Origin: Candidatus Odinarchaeota archaeon
Lineage (GTDB): Archaea > Asgardarchaeota > Odinarchaeia > Odinarchaeales > Odinarchaeaceae
NCBI GenBank assembly: GCA_038826135.1
Contig: JAWBON010000075.1
Location: 1 to 5,660 of the forward strand
Direction: 5' to 3'
DNA length: 5,660 bases
Shown here in pieces: positions 5,261 through 5,660 of this stretch. A program made the translations under genes and the position numbers. The notes under the pieces were generated by a model. The model made no database searches and had not been told where the DNA came from. It was given only the letters and a program-made list of their open reading frames with translations. Numbering within the stretch: position 1 is the first letter of the stretch; each line of letters starts with the position of its first letter.

Positions 5261-5660
5261 TTAACTGGGGTTTATTTTAATTTCTAGAGTAAAACTCTCA
5301 AACACCATATCTGCTAATCTGGGTTCCAAGTAGCTTAATCCCATGGCTTCAATCTCTTTTTTAGAATAAAGCTCGTCGAAAACGTAGACGTTGAATCCTT
5401 TGTCTCTAAGTATTTCAGCTATCTTCATGTTTCTACTATAATGGGTGCTTTTAACACCTTTCCTGAAGGTGATTCCGTTTATGCATATTTTAACTTCATT
5501 TAAAGGCTTATTTATTTTAAGAGCGTTCTGTAAGATGTTGTTAACCCAGTAGTAAGCCATTTCATCATTTATTTCTCTGGCTGTTTTAAGAAGATGTGAA
5601 TAATCGTAATATCCCAGTCTCTCCATTTCCTTTATCAGAAACCAGGGGTAGTATGGTATG
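5261..5660 (-). CDS. UDP-glucose/GDP-mannose dehydrogenase family (WecC-like) protein, C-terminal part; 5' end is outside the window
   Basis: The frame is open upstream of the ORF-track Met: ...IPYYPWFLIKEMERLG..., matching the GHCIPxDPxFL active-site segment. It continues with AREIND and a UDP-binding-domain-like KICINGITFRKGVK...VYVFDEL. Confidence 0.85.
   Translation of the reverse strand, partial: IPYYPWFLIKEMERLGYYDYSHLLKTAREINDEMAYYWVNNILQNALKINKPLNEVKICINGITFRKGVKSTHYSRNMKIAEILRDKGFNVYVFDELYSKKEIEAMGLSYLEPRLADMVFESFTLEIKINPS

Noticed and set aside
5261-5626. ORF-track 121-aa protein starting MERLG as a complete gene
   Set aside because: The frame is open to the window edge and encodes the dehydrogenase active-site segment, so this Met is internal.
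1-5660. CRISPR array, rRNA, transposase or tandem repeats
   Set aside because: No regularly spaced repeats, rRNA-like segments or transposase motifs were seen.

Overview
AT-rich archaeal window, probably from an Asgard archaeon (inferred from a stand-alone longin-fold gene plus archaeal-type tRNAs). It is a surface-glycan/nucleotide-sugar locus: two UDP-GlcNAc 2-epimerase-family genes (one partial at the left edge and missed by the ORF track), a partial nucleotide-sugar dehydrogenase at the right edge, and two GT4 glycosyltransferases. Interspersed are a small alpha/beta-barrel-like gene, the longin-like gene and two heavily interrupted tRNA genes. The main result is a 182-nt tRNA-Leu(TAG) gene (2840-3021) that I parse as five exons (33, 7, 9, 5, 34 nt) and FOUR bulge-helix-bulge (BHB) introns, splicing to a normal 88-nt archaeal tRNA-Leu. 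A tRNA-Glu(TTC) (344-471, minus) carries two introns. In both genes the BHB motifs overlap and are partly mutually exclusive, implying ordered splicing. All structures were paired by hand; no software was run.
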